A DNA stretch of 58,609 nt from a bacterium. Lineage in GTDB: Bacteria > Bacillota_I > Bacilli_A > Erysipelotrichales > Erysipelotrichaceae. The stretch spans positions 1 to 58,609 of the forward strand of contig CAVFDO010000001.1 in the NCBI GenBank assembly GCA_963621095.1, written 5' to 3'. The position numbers and the translations under genes are program-made. The notes beneath the pieces were generated by a model, which had not been told where the DNA came from, made no database searches, and saw only the letters and a list, made by a program, of their open reading frames with translations. Within the stretch, counting starts at the first letter, position 1. The number at the start of each line of letters is the position of its first letter. Below, piece after piece: positions 39,308 through 50,562 of this stretch.

Positions 39308-42300
39308 ACAACAATATCAAGCAGTCAACGCTTTGGATAAAAATATATTAGTATCTGCTTCTGCTGGTGCTGGTAAAACAGGTGTCCTCGTTCAAAGACT
39401 AAAGAAACGTGTCGTTCAAGATCATGTGCGTGTTTCTAGAATTCTTGCGATGACATTTACTGCCGCAGCTGCTTCTGAAATGAAAAAGCGTTTAGCTTCA
39501 GAACTGCACAATGCTTTTCTACAAGAAAACGATGAAAAAGAAAAACAATGGTTAACGCAACAATTGATTGAATTAGAAGCTTCTAATATCACAACAATTG
39601 ATTCGTATTGTTTAACAATCATTAAAAAATATTATTCTGTGATTGGTTTAAACCCTGCCACAACTAGAAATATCTTAGCGCAAGGCAGTGTCACCCTTTA
39701 TAAACAAGATGCGTATAAAACTGCGTTAAAAGAACTCATTGATCAAGATGAACAAAGTGCTTATCATTTGTTAAGTTATTTTTCTGCGCGTGCAGAAGAT
39801 TATTCTACATTAGAATCCATTGTTCATTCTATCAATCAACACGCACAAAGTATGATTGACCCTGAGCTTTGGTACGAACAAGCAAAAAATTCCTATGCAA
39901 AGATATCGCGTTTATCTGATTTGCCAGAAGAAACAATTGATTGTTTTTATTTTAGAATTCAATTAAAACTGGAAATGTTATTATCATATTCCAAGCAAAT
40001 GAGAATGTTTGGTGAAGGAGACGCAAAAGTTGATTATGATTTAATTCAACAGCGTGATAATTGTATTCATAATTGTATCAACGCAATTAAAAATCATAAT
40101 TATGGAATGTATTCTAATTCCTTAGAAACTTTAGCTCTTTCCACAACAAAACCTGGTTCTAAAGAAAATGTTTCTTATAAAGCATCCAGAAAAAAACAAG
40201 AAGATTCTATAAAAGCATTGCTTGCGGAAAACTATGATGAGAAACAATTGATTCGTGATCATAATGATTTATCTGAAATTACTGAAACTTTGATTGAACT
40301 AACAAAAAACACATGGGAAATCTTCATTCAAGAAAAACAAAAAGACGCTGTTATGGATTTTTCAGACATGGAACGCTATGCCTTAGATATTCTATGTGCG
40401 AATAAAAATACAGTCGCTCATATTCTACAAGATGCATTTGATGAAATCATGGTCGATGAATTTCAAGATACTTCTGATTTACAAAACGCAATCATTGATA
40501 TGATTTCTAATGGACACAATGTATTTCGTGTTGGTGATGTAAAACAATCTATCTATCGTTTCAGACAAGCAAAACCATCTTTAATGAGAAATCTCATGTT
40601 AGATAAAGATACGATTCAAATCACTTTGCGTCATAACTTTCGTTCTATGAATTCTATTGTTGAATTTTCAAATCATTTATTTCAAAGAATCATGAATGTT
40701 GATGGCTGCAAAGATTCTTATTCTGAACTAGATACTGTATCTGTTGGTTCAGATCGTCAAAAAGAAGATATCGTACCTGTTGAATTCGCTTTGATTCATT
40801 TAGGGGAATCAGATGAAGAAGATGAACTTGGCGGAAAAGAACAGAAGGCACATTGGATTACAAGAAAAATACTTACGATGAAAAAAGAAGACCCTTCTTT
40901 ACAGTTCAAAGATTTTTGTATTCTTGTAAGATCACATGCCGATAAAGCAATTATTCGTTCCGCATTTGATCAATACAATGTCCCTTATATGATTGATGCT
41001 CGTGAAGGTTTCTATCAATCTGAATTATGTCAAACAATATTAGCGATGATTCGTGCAATCAAAAATCCTAAAGATGAAATCTCATTAATATCTGTTCTTG
41101 TATCTCACTATTATGATTTTACAGATAATGATTTAGCACGATTAAAAATTCAATATGGAACAATCTATGATGGAATTTGTATTAAACACAAAGATATTCT
41201 AGAGGAATTTAAAGAATTAAGAGAGATTGCGGAATATGAAGGTGTACTAGAATTACTAACAAAAATCAGTATTTCACATAACTTCTATAATCATTTGAAT
41301 GACTCTCAAAAGGCAAACTTTGATTATTTGTTTGAACTTGTTTCAAATAGTAGAATTAATTCTTTACAAGATTTTTTAGATGTTATGGAAGCAAGTGAAG
41401 ATGAGAAATCATCAGAAGCAGTATCCAAAGGAAAAGATGATGATGTTGTAACAGTTACAACGATTCATCAATCGAAAGGTTTGCAATACGCCAATGTGTT
41501 TTTATGGAGTACTTCTGAAAATCGTTTTCGCGATACTTCTAGTCCTGTGATGATTGATGATGTATTGAAATTAGGAATGACGCATCTCACAATGCCAAAT
41601 CGTGTAAAACGTCCAACAATACAAAGAATGGCAGTAGAATATCACTCTAATCTAGAAGATATTGAAGAGTTTATTCGTCTTTTATATGTTGCGATAACAC
41701 GTGCTGAAAAAAGATTGTTTATCGTAGATGCAACAAAGAAAGATCTTGTAGAACAAGATGTTGATTTATCTTTATTAAGTCAACGAAATGGTATGACTGG
41801 TTTGATCATCAACGCCATGATTGATGATCCATATTTTAAGATGTGCGATATTGAAGAAATGGATGTAGAAAAATATAATCCATATTCTAGAAACTATGTT
41901 TCTAAACTACCACACTTAAAACAACAACCACAGTTATTATCAGATCTATACACACCATCATCAACTGAAGTAAAACAATTACCTGCCTTAGATGCCTCTA
42001 GCAAACTATCTGGAACAAACTATGGTACAAAGATGCATGAAACGATGGAAGCATTACCTAATAGAGAATGGACTTTAGATGATTTAAAATCATTTGATCT
42101 CACAAAATCCGATAAAGATAAAATACTTCATTTCTCAAATAGTGATATTTATCATAAAGCATTGTCTATGCAAATATACAAAGAATTTCCTTTCTATGTA
42201 GACCAAAACAATGAACGTATCACAGGAACAATGGATTTTGTCGCAATATCTGATTCTGAAATCATTCTCATTGACTATAAAACAGATAACACAACCAATG

Positions 42301-42428
42301 AGGAAATCAAGAATCGATATACATCGCAATTAAACACATACAAAAAGGCATTACAGATCATGTATCCAAATACAACAATTAGTGTATATGCCTATTCATT
42401 CCATAATGAAGAGTTTATAAAAATCTAA
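39288..42428 (+). CDS. addA: Helicase/nuclease subunit A
   Basis: ASAGAGKT, VDEFQD, VGDVKQSIYRFR, TIHQSKGL, YVAITRA; C-terminal IDYKT. Confidence 0.93.
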   Translation: MPIQLDEQQYQAVNALDKNILVSASAGAGKTGVLVQRLKKRVVQDHVRVSRILAMTFTAAAASEMKKRLASELHNAFLQENDEKEKQWLTQQLIELEASNITTIDSYCLTIIKKYYSVIGLNPATTRNILAQGSVTLYKQDAYKTALKELIDQDEQSAYHLLSYFSARAEDYSTLESIVHSINQHAQSMIDPELWYEQAKNSYAKISRLSDLPEETIDCFYFRIQLKLEMLLSYSKQMRMFGEGDAKVDYDLIQQRDNCIHNCINAIKNHNYGMYSNSLETLALSTTKPGSKENVSYKASRKKQEDSIKALLAENYDEKQLIRDHNDLSEITETLIELTKNTWEIFIQEKQKDAVMDFSDMERYALDILCANKNTVAHILQDAFDEIMVDEFQDTSDLQNAIIDMISNGHNVFRVGDVKQSIYRFRQAKPSLMRNLMLDKDTIQITLRHNFRSMNSIVEFSNHLFQRIMNVDGCKDSYSELDTVSVGSDRQKEDIVPVEFALIHLGESDEEDELGGKEQKAHWITRKILTMKKEDPSLQFKDFCILVRSHADKAIIRSAFDQYNVPYMIDAREGFYQSELCQTILAMIRAIKNPKDEISLISVLVSHYYDFTDNDLARLKIQYGTIYDGICIKHKDILEEFKELREIAEYEGVLELLTKISISHNFYNHLNDSQKANFDYLFELVSNSRINSLQDFLDVMEASEDEKSSEAVSKGKDDDVVTVTTIHQSKGLQYANVFLWSTSENRFRDTSSPVMIDDVLKLGMTHLTMPNRVKRPTIQRMAVEYHSNLEDIEEFIRLLYVAITRAEKRLFIVDATKKDLVEQDVDLSLLSQRNGMTGLIINAMIDDPYFKMCDIEEMDVEKYNPYSRNYVSKLPHLKQQPQLLSDLYTPSSTEVKQLPALDASSKLSGTNYGTKMHETMEALPNREWTLDDLKSFDLTKSDKDKILHFSNSDIYHKALSMQIYKEFPFYVDQNNERITGTMDFVAISDSEIILIDYKTDNTTNEEIKNRYTSQLNTYKKALQIMYPNTTISVYAYSFHNEEFIKI

Positions 42429-42448
42429 GAGATTTCTCTTAGATTTTT
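42421..42448. terminator. Bidirectional terminator
   Basis: AAATCTAAGAGA-TT-TCTCTTAGATTT. Confidence 0.75.
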
Positions 42449-42824
42449 ATTTCTTTTCAATACATAACGATAAAGATAACAATAATATTGTAAATGGTAT
42501 TTCTTCACCATAAAACGAAACTGTTGAACTAATTTTTATGAAAAAGAATATCACAAAAAAGATAGAGAATATTAATGGATAAACATTAAAATGTATATCT
42601 TTTCCTTTTTTACGAAACATTGCGACTGAAAAACGCAACCATATTGTAATCCATATCGCAATAATTAAAGCAGGAGGAATTTTAGCTATTAATTTTGTGT
42701 AATATTTCGCTTCAATGAATTGATAATATTTGTAGAAATATGGTTCCATAACAAAAGCCCCAAACACAATCATAATTGGTGATATAATTACACCCATTAA
42801 TTTTCTCTTCTCTAGACTTTTCAT
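42447..42824 (-). CDS. Small multi-TM hypothetical protein
   Basis: About four hydrophobic segments; SD AGGAGG. Confidence 0.7.
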   Translation of the reverse strand: MKSLEKRKLMGVIISPIMIVFGAFVMEPYFYKYYQFIEAKYYTKLIAKIPPALIIAIWITIWLRFSVAMFRKKGKDIHFNVYPLIFSIFFVIFFFIKISSTVSFYGEEIPFTILLLSLSLCIEKK

Positions 42825-42933
42825 GGTAGCCTCCTATTTTTATAAATCACAGTTCTATTTTAATAATATATAACGTCTAACATTTGATAATGTCAATATA
42901 AAATCTAGCAATGTTAATGTTAAGGAAAAAGCA

Positions 42934-42996
42934 ACAATTCACCCCCACCTCTTTCGTACCTTAGAAGTGGGGGATTTCTTGCATAAATTTGTTAAA
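42934..42996. mobile_element. Isolated IS200/IS605-like terminal hairpin (remnant)
   Basis: CAATTCA-CCCCCAC...GTGGGGG-ATTTCTTGC, resembling Firmicute IS200/IS605 ends from recall; no tnpA or tnpB nearby. Confidence 0.5.
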
Positions 42997-43024
42997 ATAC
43001 CTCTACATCACACGTAGAGGTATT
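42994..43024 (-). terminator. Terminator of the ABC operon
   Basis: AATACCTCTAC...GTAGAGGTATT hairpin. Confidence 0.7.
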
Positions 43025-43026
43025 AT

Positions 43027-44847
43027 TTATGCTTGTTCAGAAACAATATTTGTTGCCATTTCTTCGTATTGTCTTGTATAGAGATCATAATAGTAACCAT
43101 GTTGTTTCATTAATTCTCCATGCTTACCTCTTTCAATAATTTTTCCATCTTTAACAACCAATATAACATCCGCATCAACAATTGTAGAAAGTCTATGTGC
43201 AATCACAAATGATGTTCTACCTTTGATGACTGTGAAAATTGCATCTTGGATAGCTTTTTCTGTCAGTGTATCAATAGAAGCTGTTGCTTCATCTAATACT
43301 AGTATTCTTGGATCAGATAAAATTGCACGGGCAAAAGAAATTAATTGTTTTTCACCTGTGGATAATAAGTCTCCACCTTCACCAACTTGAGAATCTAATC
43401 CTTTATCCATCTTCGCAATAACAAATTCAGCGTTAACTAGTTTTAAAGCTTTCCAAATATCTTCATCTGTTGCGTTTGGATTTCCATACTTTAAGTTATC
43501 TCGAATAGAACCTGAGAATAAGTGTGGTGTTTGAAGTACATAACCAATATTGGAATGTAACCACAATTGTGACCTTTCTCTTGCATCTTTTCCATCAATT
43601 AAAACTTGACCTTCGGTTGGTTCAAAGAATCGACAAACTAAATTTACAAGTGTTGATTTTCCTGCACCTGTTTCACCTACAATTGCGACATTGGTACCTT
43701 GTGGAACAACCAAGTTAAAGTGTTCTAAGACCATTTCATTTCCATCTGGATATTTAAAAGATACATCTTTAAATTCAACATCTCCATATAATGGTTCCCA
43801 GTTTTCTTTCTTTGGATGAAATGTATCACCATACTTTTCAATAACTTCTTTACTATCCGCTACATCCGATTCTGTTTCTAATAGTGTTGTAAATCTTTCA
43901 ATATTCACTTGTATCGCAATCAATCTAGATATTGATCCTACAATGTTTTGAATTGGCTCTAACATATTTAATGCATATGTCATAAATACAGATAGTGTAC
44001 CAATCAATATCACACCTTCTTGATTGATTTTTCCACCTTTCCATAAAACAATCGCCAATGTAATAGAAGATAACATTGTTACTAGAGATGTAAAAGCTGC
44101 AGAGAATTTACCAGCTCTTACAGAAGTATTTTCCATATCTAAAGTATCTTTATCAAAATCAGAATTGATTTTATTTTCTACTACTAATGTTTTAATGGAT
44201 TTAGCGCCTGTAATTCCTTCGTTGAAATTAGAAATGATTTTAGAATTGATTTCTCTGATTTTTCTATTTAAAGTAATTAATTCTTTTTGGAAGAAAACAA
44301 TCAATACAACTGCGATTGGAATAATCATCATGATATATAAAGCTAATTGAATATTGATGAGCGCCATATTAATGATAATGAATATTAAATATGAACCTTG
44401 CCAAACAATATCCATCATATCCCATGATACTAATTGTCCAATTCTTCCTGTATCACTCATAACTCTAGCGTGAACATATCCAACATTGTTTTGGTTAAAA
44501 TATGAAAATGATAATTCTTGTAGATGATTAAAAGAAGCATTTCTTAAATCTCTATTTACATTCATTTCTATTTTTCCCGCGAAGGATGTACTTACATAGT
44601 TCATGATAACAAATAAAACCAATATTACTAAATACGCAATAATGAATGCAATCAAAGTGTCTGTTGTTTTTAATGCGACAAAATGATTCAACGCATATTG
44701 ATTAAATAATGGATAAATAGAATCAATCAAGGATGATAAAGCACCAATGATGATCATTGTAATCATGATTTTACGATATGGTTTTAGAAATGGAAGAAGT
44801 TTTGGAATTCCAAAATATTTTAATTTTACATTGTTATTTTCTTTCAT
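43027..44847 (-). CDS. Heterodimeric multidrug-type ABC exporter subunit
   Basis: TM domain; GETGAGKS, LSTGE, LDEAT, AHRL. Confidence 0.92.
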   Translation of the reverse strand: MKENNNVKLKYFGIPKLLPFLKPYRKIMITMIIIGALSSLIDSIYPLFNQYALNHFVALKTTDTLIAFIIAYLVILVLFVIMNYVSTSFAGKIEMNVNRDLRNASFNHLQELSFSYFNQNNVGYVHARVMSDTGRIGQLVSWDMMDIVWQGSYLIFIIINMALINIQLALYIMMIIPIAVVLIVFFQKELITLNRKIREINSKIISNFNEGITGAKSIKTLVVENKINSDFDKDTLDMENTSVRAGKFSAAFTSLVTMLSSITLAIVLWKGGKINQEGVILIGTLSVFMTYALNMLEPIQNIVGSISRLIAIQVNIERFTTLLETESDVADSKEVIEKYGDTFHPKKENWEPLYGDVEFKDVSFKYPDGNEMVLEHFNLVVPQGTNVAIVGETGAGKSTLVNLVCRFFEPTEGQVLIDGKDARERSQLWLHSNIGYVLQTPHLFSGSIRDNLKYGNPNATDEDIWKALKLVNAEFVIAKMDKGLDSQVGEGGDLLSTGEKQLISFARAILSDPRILVLDEATASIDTLTEKAIQDAIFTVIKGRTSFVIAHRLSTIVDADVILVVKDGKIIERGKHGELMKQHGYYYDLYTRQYEEMATNIVSEQA

Positions 44848-46664
44848 TGTAAAACCTCCGAAGAGCTACGACTTTGTAGGTCATAGATCTTTTTATAGAT
44901 ACCATCTTGGTGGATGAGTTGGTCATGAGTTCCTCTTTCAATGATCTTTCCATTATCCATCACAAGAATCAGATCCGCATTCATTAACGTTGTAATTCTT
45001 TGCGCAATCAAAATGACAGTAGAATCTCCAATATTTTCTTTTAATGCACTTCGAATCTTTGCGTCTGTTTCCGCATCGACTGCACTCAATGAATCATCAA
45101 ACACCATGATTGGTGGTTTAGAAATCAGCATTTGCGCAATTGCTGTTCTTTGTTTTTGACCACCGGATAACGTAACGCCTCTTTCACCAACATAAGTTTG
45201 ATAGCCTTCTTGGAAGTGTTCAATTGCGTGATCTAAAGAAGCAACTTTCGCAGCTAAACGCACCTTTTCATGATCCATGTCAGGTAAGGCAATCGCAATA
45301 TTTTCTTCTAATGTTCTAGAGAATAGATATGGTTCTTGAAGTACCATACCTATGTTTTTTCTTAAACAATCAGATTTGATATCTTTGATATCAACACCAC
45401 CAATCGTAATAGAACCTTCTCCATCTTTGAGTTCATATAAACGATCTAATAAATACATCAATGTACTTTTACCTGAACCCGTTCCACCCAAAATACCAAC
45501 GGTTGTTCCTGCTTTTACTTCAAAAGAAATATCTTCTAATATTTCAGCAGTTCCATTTTCATATTGAAACGAAACATGATCAAACACAATATCTTGATGC
45601 ATATCAATTTCTTTTGCATCTTCTTTATCATTCTCTTCTTCACTATTCATGATATACATCAAACGATCAATGGATATTCCAGCTTTGGATAAATTCGCAA
45701 TGACTCTACCCAATGTACGAATTGGCCACATTAACATGCTTGCATAAGAATTAAATGCGATATAATCACCTGCACTCATTTCTCCATTGACTGTTAAAAC
45801 TGCACCATATGCCAATACACACATAATTTGTAGATAAGAAAATAAATCCGAAGAAGACCAGAACGCAGCTAATAGATTCATTAAATGAACCCACATAGAT
45901 GTGTAATATTCATTTTGTTTTTCAAAACGTTCTCTTTCATAAGACTCTCTACCAAAAGCACGTACAACTCTAACACCTGTTAAGTTTTCTTGTGCGATAG
46001 AAGATAACTTTCCTTCTTCAATATCTACTTTCTCAAAAGATTCTCCAATTCCTTTATGAAAGAATAAAGAATATCCAACAATGATTGGAATAAATATAGC
46101 AGCGACAAGTGTTAATTTCACATTGATTGTAAACATGAAATAAATCGCTAAAACAATCAATATAATAAAGCGAAATAAAACTGTTAATTGTTCAGATAAA
46201 AATATCTTGATTTGTTCAACATCTGAAGTACATCTTTGAATGATATCTCCTGTTTGATTCTCCGAATGCCATGAAAATGGCAAATGTAAGATATGATCAA
46301 ATAGTTCATTACGCATTGTATGTACTAATTTTTCAGCACCTTTTGTATTACATAAATTAAACAAGAATCTACATAATGCCGCAATGAGTGATACACCAAT
46401 AACACATAAGGCAATCACACCTAAATGACTCTTTAACCATGTCATTCCGCCAAAATCATTAATTATATTTTCGATGAATGTTGGTATTGTAGCTGTAGAA
46501 TCACCTAATACAGTATCAACTGTAAAAGATATGATTTTTGGATCAATCAAGTCCAATAGTGATACCAAACACGCAAAGAAAATTGCCCCAATAAAATATC
46601 TTTTTGAACCATTCAGAAAGAATAGAATTAACTCTGTCTTAGATTCAAATTTTTTCTTTGCCAT
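44844..46664 (-). CDS. Heterodimeric multidrug-type ABC exporter subunit
   Basis: TM domain; GGTGSGKS, LSGGQ; non-canonical FDD and AQR. Confidence 0.92.
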   Translation of the reverse strand: MAKKKFESKTELILFFLNGSKRYFIGAIFFACLVSLLDLIDPKIISFTVDTVLGDSTATIPTFIENIINDFGGMTWLKSHLGVIALCVIGVSLIAALCRFLFNLCNTKGAEKLVHTMRNELFDHILHLPFSWHSENQTGDIIQRCTSDVEQIKIFLSEQLTVLFRFIILIVLAIYFMFTINVKLTLVAAIFIPIIVGYSLFFHKGIGESFEKVDIEEGKLSSIAQENLTGVRVVRAFGRESYERERFEKQNEYYTSMWVHLMNLLAAFWSSSDLFSYLQIMCVLAYGAVLTVNGEMSAGDYIAFNSYASMLMWPIRTLGRVIANLSKAGISIDRLMYIMNSEEENDKEDAKEIDMHQDIVFDHVSFQYENGTAEILEDISFEVKAGTTVGILGGTGSGKSTLMYLLDRLYELKDGEGSITIGGVDIKDIKSDCLRKNIGMVLQEPYLFSRTLEENIAIALPDMDHEKVRLAAKVASLDHAIEHFQEGYQTYVGERGVTLSGGQKQRTAIAQMLISKPPIMVFDDSLSAVDAETDAKIRSALKENIGDSTVILIAQRITTLMNADLILVMDNGKIIERGTHDQLIHQDGIYKKIYDLQSRSSSEVLQ

Positions 46665-46682
46665 AAAACCCCCTTCAGAAGG

Positions 46683-49568
46683 TTAAATCATTTCCAATTT
46701 TATATAACCTTCATCTTTTATTTGTTCATAAGTTTCTTCATTTCCAACAACACAAATACATGCTTCTTCCATTGCCTCTTTCAAAATAGAAGAATATTTT
46801 CCCAAAGTATCTGCCTTTGTAGAAATAATTTTTTCTCTATTTAATTTTCTATCCTCATAAGTAATTCCTGTAAAGTAGAATCGATCCGCAACTCTGATTT
46901 TACCTAAAGAAGATAATAAAGGTTCACTTGACGCAATTGTACCAATAATCATCTGTGTAAGATCTTCATTACTTGTATTCATTTCTTCTACTCTTTGATA
47001 GATATTTTGATATGCATGTAATGCGTTCTTTACATCTGGATCACGATATGAATATGCGCCAATATTTCCATTGGCATTAACCGCAAATCCTGTGCCATAC
47101 GCACCACCTTTTACACGTACTTCATTCCATAAATAATCATATGTCAATAAATGTGAGAGTACATTTAATACAGGTGAATATTTTTCTCCTAACACTTCAA
47201 TATTTTGGTTGATTGCGCTGTAAGATACACCACCAGGAATTTGAATGAATTCTTTCTTTTCTTTTAATAACGGATAATGTACTTTCGCTTTGATTGCTTC
47301 AACTGTATATAATTGATCTACAAATTCTTTTACTATTTCAATATTCTCTTTGTCTGTGATAGAGGCTGTGCAACGATCTTTTGAGAATAAAATTTCTTGA
47401 TATAATTCACAATCATTGATGAATTCATCAATCTTTGATTCATAATTCTTTTCTAAATCTTTATCAAAGATTCCAGATGCATATCCACCAACATATTCAC
47501 GGAATACACCTTCCGCACTATTATGTGCTGCACATCTTCTCATCGCATAACTTTGACCAGAAGCACTTAATCCTTGTCTAAAGGACTCATTTTCTTGTTT
47601 CAAAATTGGTAATATTTTATCTGCGTCAAAAATTGTTTCTTTCGCAACTTCTAAAATCAAAGAAATTGCTTGTTTTGTATTTTGTTTTAAACAAGACGCA
47701 CTCGCAACTAGTAGTGGTAAACAAGATTCATGTTCATGAGATTTTGAATAAGAATCCAATCCAAATGATAGTCCACCTAGATCTTTTCGGATTGCACTTT
47801 GAAGTTGTTCAACTGTCTTATTTTTTGTTGGTAGATTTGTTAGTAAGGATACAAATAAACCTAATGAAGATAATCTATCTACTGTAACACCCGCAAGATT
47901 GAAGTAGAAATTCATATAAACAATTCCTGTATCTTCTTGTGGATGAACAATGATATCAACTCCATTTTCATGAACAACTTCATATGGATATTCAATTGGT
48001 TGATTAGATATATCTTGTAAAGTTAACTTTGGTAATGTATTGATTTGTTCCAAAGTATCTGGCATTGCTTGCCAAGCATCTAGTTTTTGATTGATATCAA
48101 TATATTTTTGAATATCTTCTTTCCAAGATGCTTTTGCGTGTAATAGTTTATCTTGTTCGTGCTGGATTCTTTCTTCACCTAACTTTGTGGCAGGAACCGC
48201 AATCAAAGTAGATACATAATCAGATAAGAAGAATTCCTTCATTAACTCTTCAAAATATCCTTCTTCTACTTTTTTTCTTAATTCTTCAAATACAGCACCT
48301 AATGAAAAGCCTTGTGTGATATCTCCATCATATAACCAAGTTTCTAATGCACGTTGTGCGAACATGACACCTGCTGGTTCATGTTTTTCGCGATATCTAA
48401 ATTCCATTTGATTCAATGTCGCAAGTAACGCTTCATGGTCTAAGCCACTTTCTAACATCTTTACAACACATTCTTTGATTGCGTGCATGATTGCGTCATA
48501 TTTCTCTTCATCTGTATTACGAATACACATAACAATCCAAGGTTGTTGAATTCCATCATAGATATCTAGTTCAACATCTTCGCCTAAATCCGCATCTATG
48601 ATTGCTTTCTTTAATTCTGATTCATTAGAAGAAACTAAAACTGTAGATAAAACACCCCATGCGATATTCTTAACAGGTTCATCAAAAGAAGATACGACTC
48701 TAGCTAAGGCAACTTGTGTACGATGTTCTTCACTTTCATCACTGGATAATTCATACATCACTTTATGATGTTGTGCTTCTTTTTCTTCTTGGAAAGGTAT
48801 ATCAAAGTTTATATCTTCTTTCTCATATTGAGAGAAATATTCATCATTGATGAACTTTGTGACTGCTTCAATATCAACACTTCCATCTAACCAAACTCTA
48901 GCGTTGCTTGGGTGATAAAACTTTTGATGTGTTTCTATAAATTTCTCATAGGATAAATCTGTAATATATTCTGGATCACCACCAGAAACATATTTATAAC
49001 AGTTATTTGGAAATAACATACGATTCAATTCATTAATAATAATTTCATCAACTGAAGAGAATGCACCTTTCATTTCATTTAAAACAACACCTTTATATAC
49101 AGGCGTATCTTCTTCTTTACGAATTTCATAATGCCATCCTTCTTGATAGAAAATATTTGGATTTGTATAAATTGCTGGATGAAAAACTGCATCCATATAT
49201 ACCGACATCAAATTCATAAAATCTTTTTGATTTCTTGAAGAAACAGGATACATTGTTTTATCAGGAAAAGTTAATGCGTTTAAAAATGTCTGCATACTCC
49301 CCTTCAATAATTCCACAAATGGTTCTCTAACAGGATATTTTTTTGATCCATTTAAAACAGAATGTTCCAATATATGAAACACTCCTGTATCATTTTCTGG
49401 AATTGTTTTAAACGCAATTGAAAATGTCTTGTTATCATCTTCTCTATCAAGCCATGCAAGTTTTGCACCTGTCTTAACATGTTCCATTTCATATAATGTA
49501 CCTTTTACATCAGGCACTTGATTAACTCTAATTACTTTAAATCCATTGATTATTTGATTATTCTCCAT
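46683..49568 (-). CDS. Insulinase-family (M16C, presequence protease-like) metallopeptidase
   Basis: HILEHSVL (HXXEH), FLNALT, NEMKG, VRVKGGAYG, SYRDP. Confidence 0.92.
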   Translation of the reverse strand: MENNQIINGFKVIRVNQVPDVKGTLYEMEHVKTGAKLAWLDREDDNKTFSIAFKTIPENDTGVFHILEHSVLNGSKKYPVREPFVELLKGSMQTFLNALTFPDKTMYPVSSRNQKDFMNLMSVYMDAVFHPAIYTNPNIFYQEGWHYEIRKEEDTPVYKGVVLNEMKGAFSSVDEIIINELNRMLFPNNCYKYVSGGDPEYITDLSYEKFIETHQKFYHPSNARVWLDGSVDIEAVTKFINDEYFSQYEKEDINFDIPFQEEKEAQHHKVMYELSSDESEEHRTQVALARVVSSFDEPVKNIAWGVLSTVLVSSNESELKKAIIDADLGEDVELDIYDGIQQPWIVMCIRNTDEEKYDAIMHAIKECVVKMLESGLDHEALLATLNQMEFRYREKHEPAGVMFAQRALETWLYDGDITQGFSLGAVFEELRKKVEEGYFEELMKEFFLSDYVSTLIAVPATKLGEERIQHEQDKLLHAKASWKEDIQKYIDINQKLDAWQAMPDTLEQINTLPKLTLQDISNQPIEYPYEVVHENGVDIIVHPQEDTGIVYMNFYFNLAGVTVDRLSSLGLFVSLLTNLPTKNKTVEQLQSAIRKDLGGLSFGLDSYSKSHEHESCLPLLVASASCLKQNTKQAISLILEVAKETIFDADKILPILKQENESFRQGLSASGQSYAMRRCAAHNSAEGVFREYVGGYASGIFDKDLEKNYESKIDEFINDCELYQEILFSKDRCTASITDKENIEIVKEFVDQLYTVEAIKAKVHYPLLKEKKEFIQIPGGVSYSAINQNIEVLGEKYSPVLNVLSHLLTYDYLWNEVRVKGGAYGTGFAVNANGNIGAYSYRDPDVKNALHAYQNIYQRVEEMNTSNEDLTQMIIGTIASSEPLLSSLGKIRVADRFYFTGITYEDRKLNREKIISTKADTLGKYSSILKEAMEEACICVVGNEETYEQIKDEGYIKLEMI

Positions 49569-49674
49569 AATACCTCCAATGCATATGTACTATTTTATAT
49601 TGTGGTTTGTAAATATGCACTTTATTTCACATTTTTTAATAAAATTCCACAAAAAAAGACTTTCCAAAGAAAGC

Positions 49675-50256
49675 CTAATACAAAATCTTATTTACAATGA
49701 TTTCTGCTCGACCAAGATTGATCTTAGCACCTTCTGAAACCTTTCCTCTACCAAGAGGTGGAAGTTTTGAACCATTTAAGAATGTTCCGTTATGTTCAGA
49801 AACATCTTCTAGATACAATGTTCCATTATCTACTGTAAATCTCGCATGTCTTCTAGAAACTGCTGGTTCAGAAACAGGAATTTCACAGGAATTACTATCA
49901 CGACCTAACATTGCAGGTAATGTGTTAACTGTTACTTGTTGTGATAGACCATTGATTGTGATTGTTAACGCAACACCTTTAGGTGATGCAGGTTTTACTG
50001 ACATTGCTTCTTGAAGTTGATTTTCAAACGCAACATCTTCTGTTGGTTTTATTGGTGCAGCTTCAACTGGCTTAGGTTGTTGTACGACTTTCTTTTTTGC
50101 TTGTGCCTTTGAAACTGGTTGAATTTCATCTCCATTTTCATCCACATAATATGTATTTTTCTTTACACCTAAGAAAATTACTGCGATACCTAATACCGCA
50201 ACCATTCCTAGTAATGCAAATATAATAAGCTTATCAATTTCAGGATTATCAAACAT
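49675..50256 (-). CDS. Membrane-anchored FHA domain protein
   Basis: N-terminal TM; LGR, VSRRHA and NGTFLNG FHA motifs. Confidence 0.88.
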   Translation of the reverse strand: MFDNPEIDKLIIFALLGMVAVLGIAVIFLGVKKNTYYVDENGDEIQPVSKAQAKKKVVQQPKPVEAAPIKPTEDVAFENQLQEAMSVKPASPKGVALTITINGLSQQVTVNTLPAMLGRDSNSCEIPVSEPAVSRRHARFTVDNGTLYLEDVSEHNGTFLNGSKLPPLGRGKVSEGAKINLGRAEIIVNKILY

Positions 50257-50382
50257 TTGGTTTCCCCCTTAACACAAAATATCATACAACGAAATGTTAT
50301 GAAGTGCTAGTTTTATCCATATTCTTTAGGTTTTTAAACTATTATTTTCTTCAACATTAATCAACTATTTGTGTTATGATAC

Positions 50383-50562
50383 TCATGTAAAAGGGTTACC
50401 GATAAGCGGTGACTCCAATTTAGCAAAATGATCGCTATTTGATTGGAATTCGTTCAGCGATCCTTTTTTATTCTTTGACTGTAAATACATTACAAGCTTT
50501 ATAACAAACTGTAATACATTGATGATCAATGTCATTACACTAACAAACACGTTGATTGTCAT
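50383..50562 (-). CDS. Candidate type I toxin, 59 aa (MTINVFVSVMTLIINVLQFVIKLVMYLQSKNKKGSLNEFQSNSDHFAKLESPLIGNPFT); absent from ORF track
   Basis: SD-like AGGCGGT; hydrophobic helix followed by KNKK; -10 TAGAAT at 50590-50595. Confidence 0.55.
   Translation of the reverse strand: MTINVFVSVMTLIINVLQFVIKLVMYLQSKNKKGSLNEFQSNSDHFAKLESPLIGNPFT
50387..50470 (+). ncRNA. Candidate cis-antisense antitoxin RNA (~85 nt)
   Basis: Extended -10 TGTTATGAT at 50372-50380; terminator GATCGCT...AGCGATC plus T6; overlaps the toxin 3' half. Confidence 0.55.

Noticed and set aside
44844..46664. Inactive ABC ATPase (FDD Walker B, Q switch)
   Set aside because: This is the normal degenerate site of heterodimeric ABC exporters
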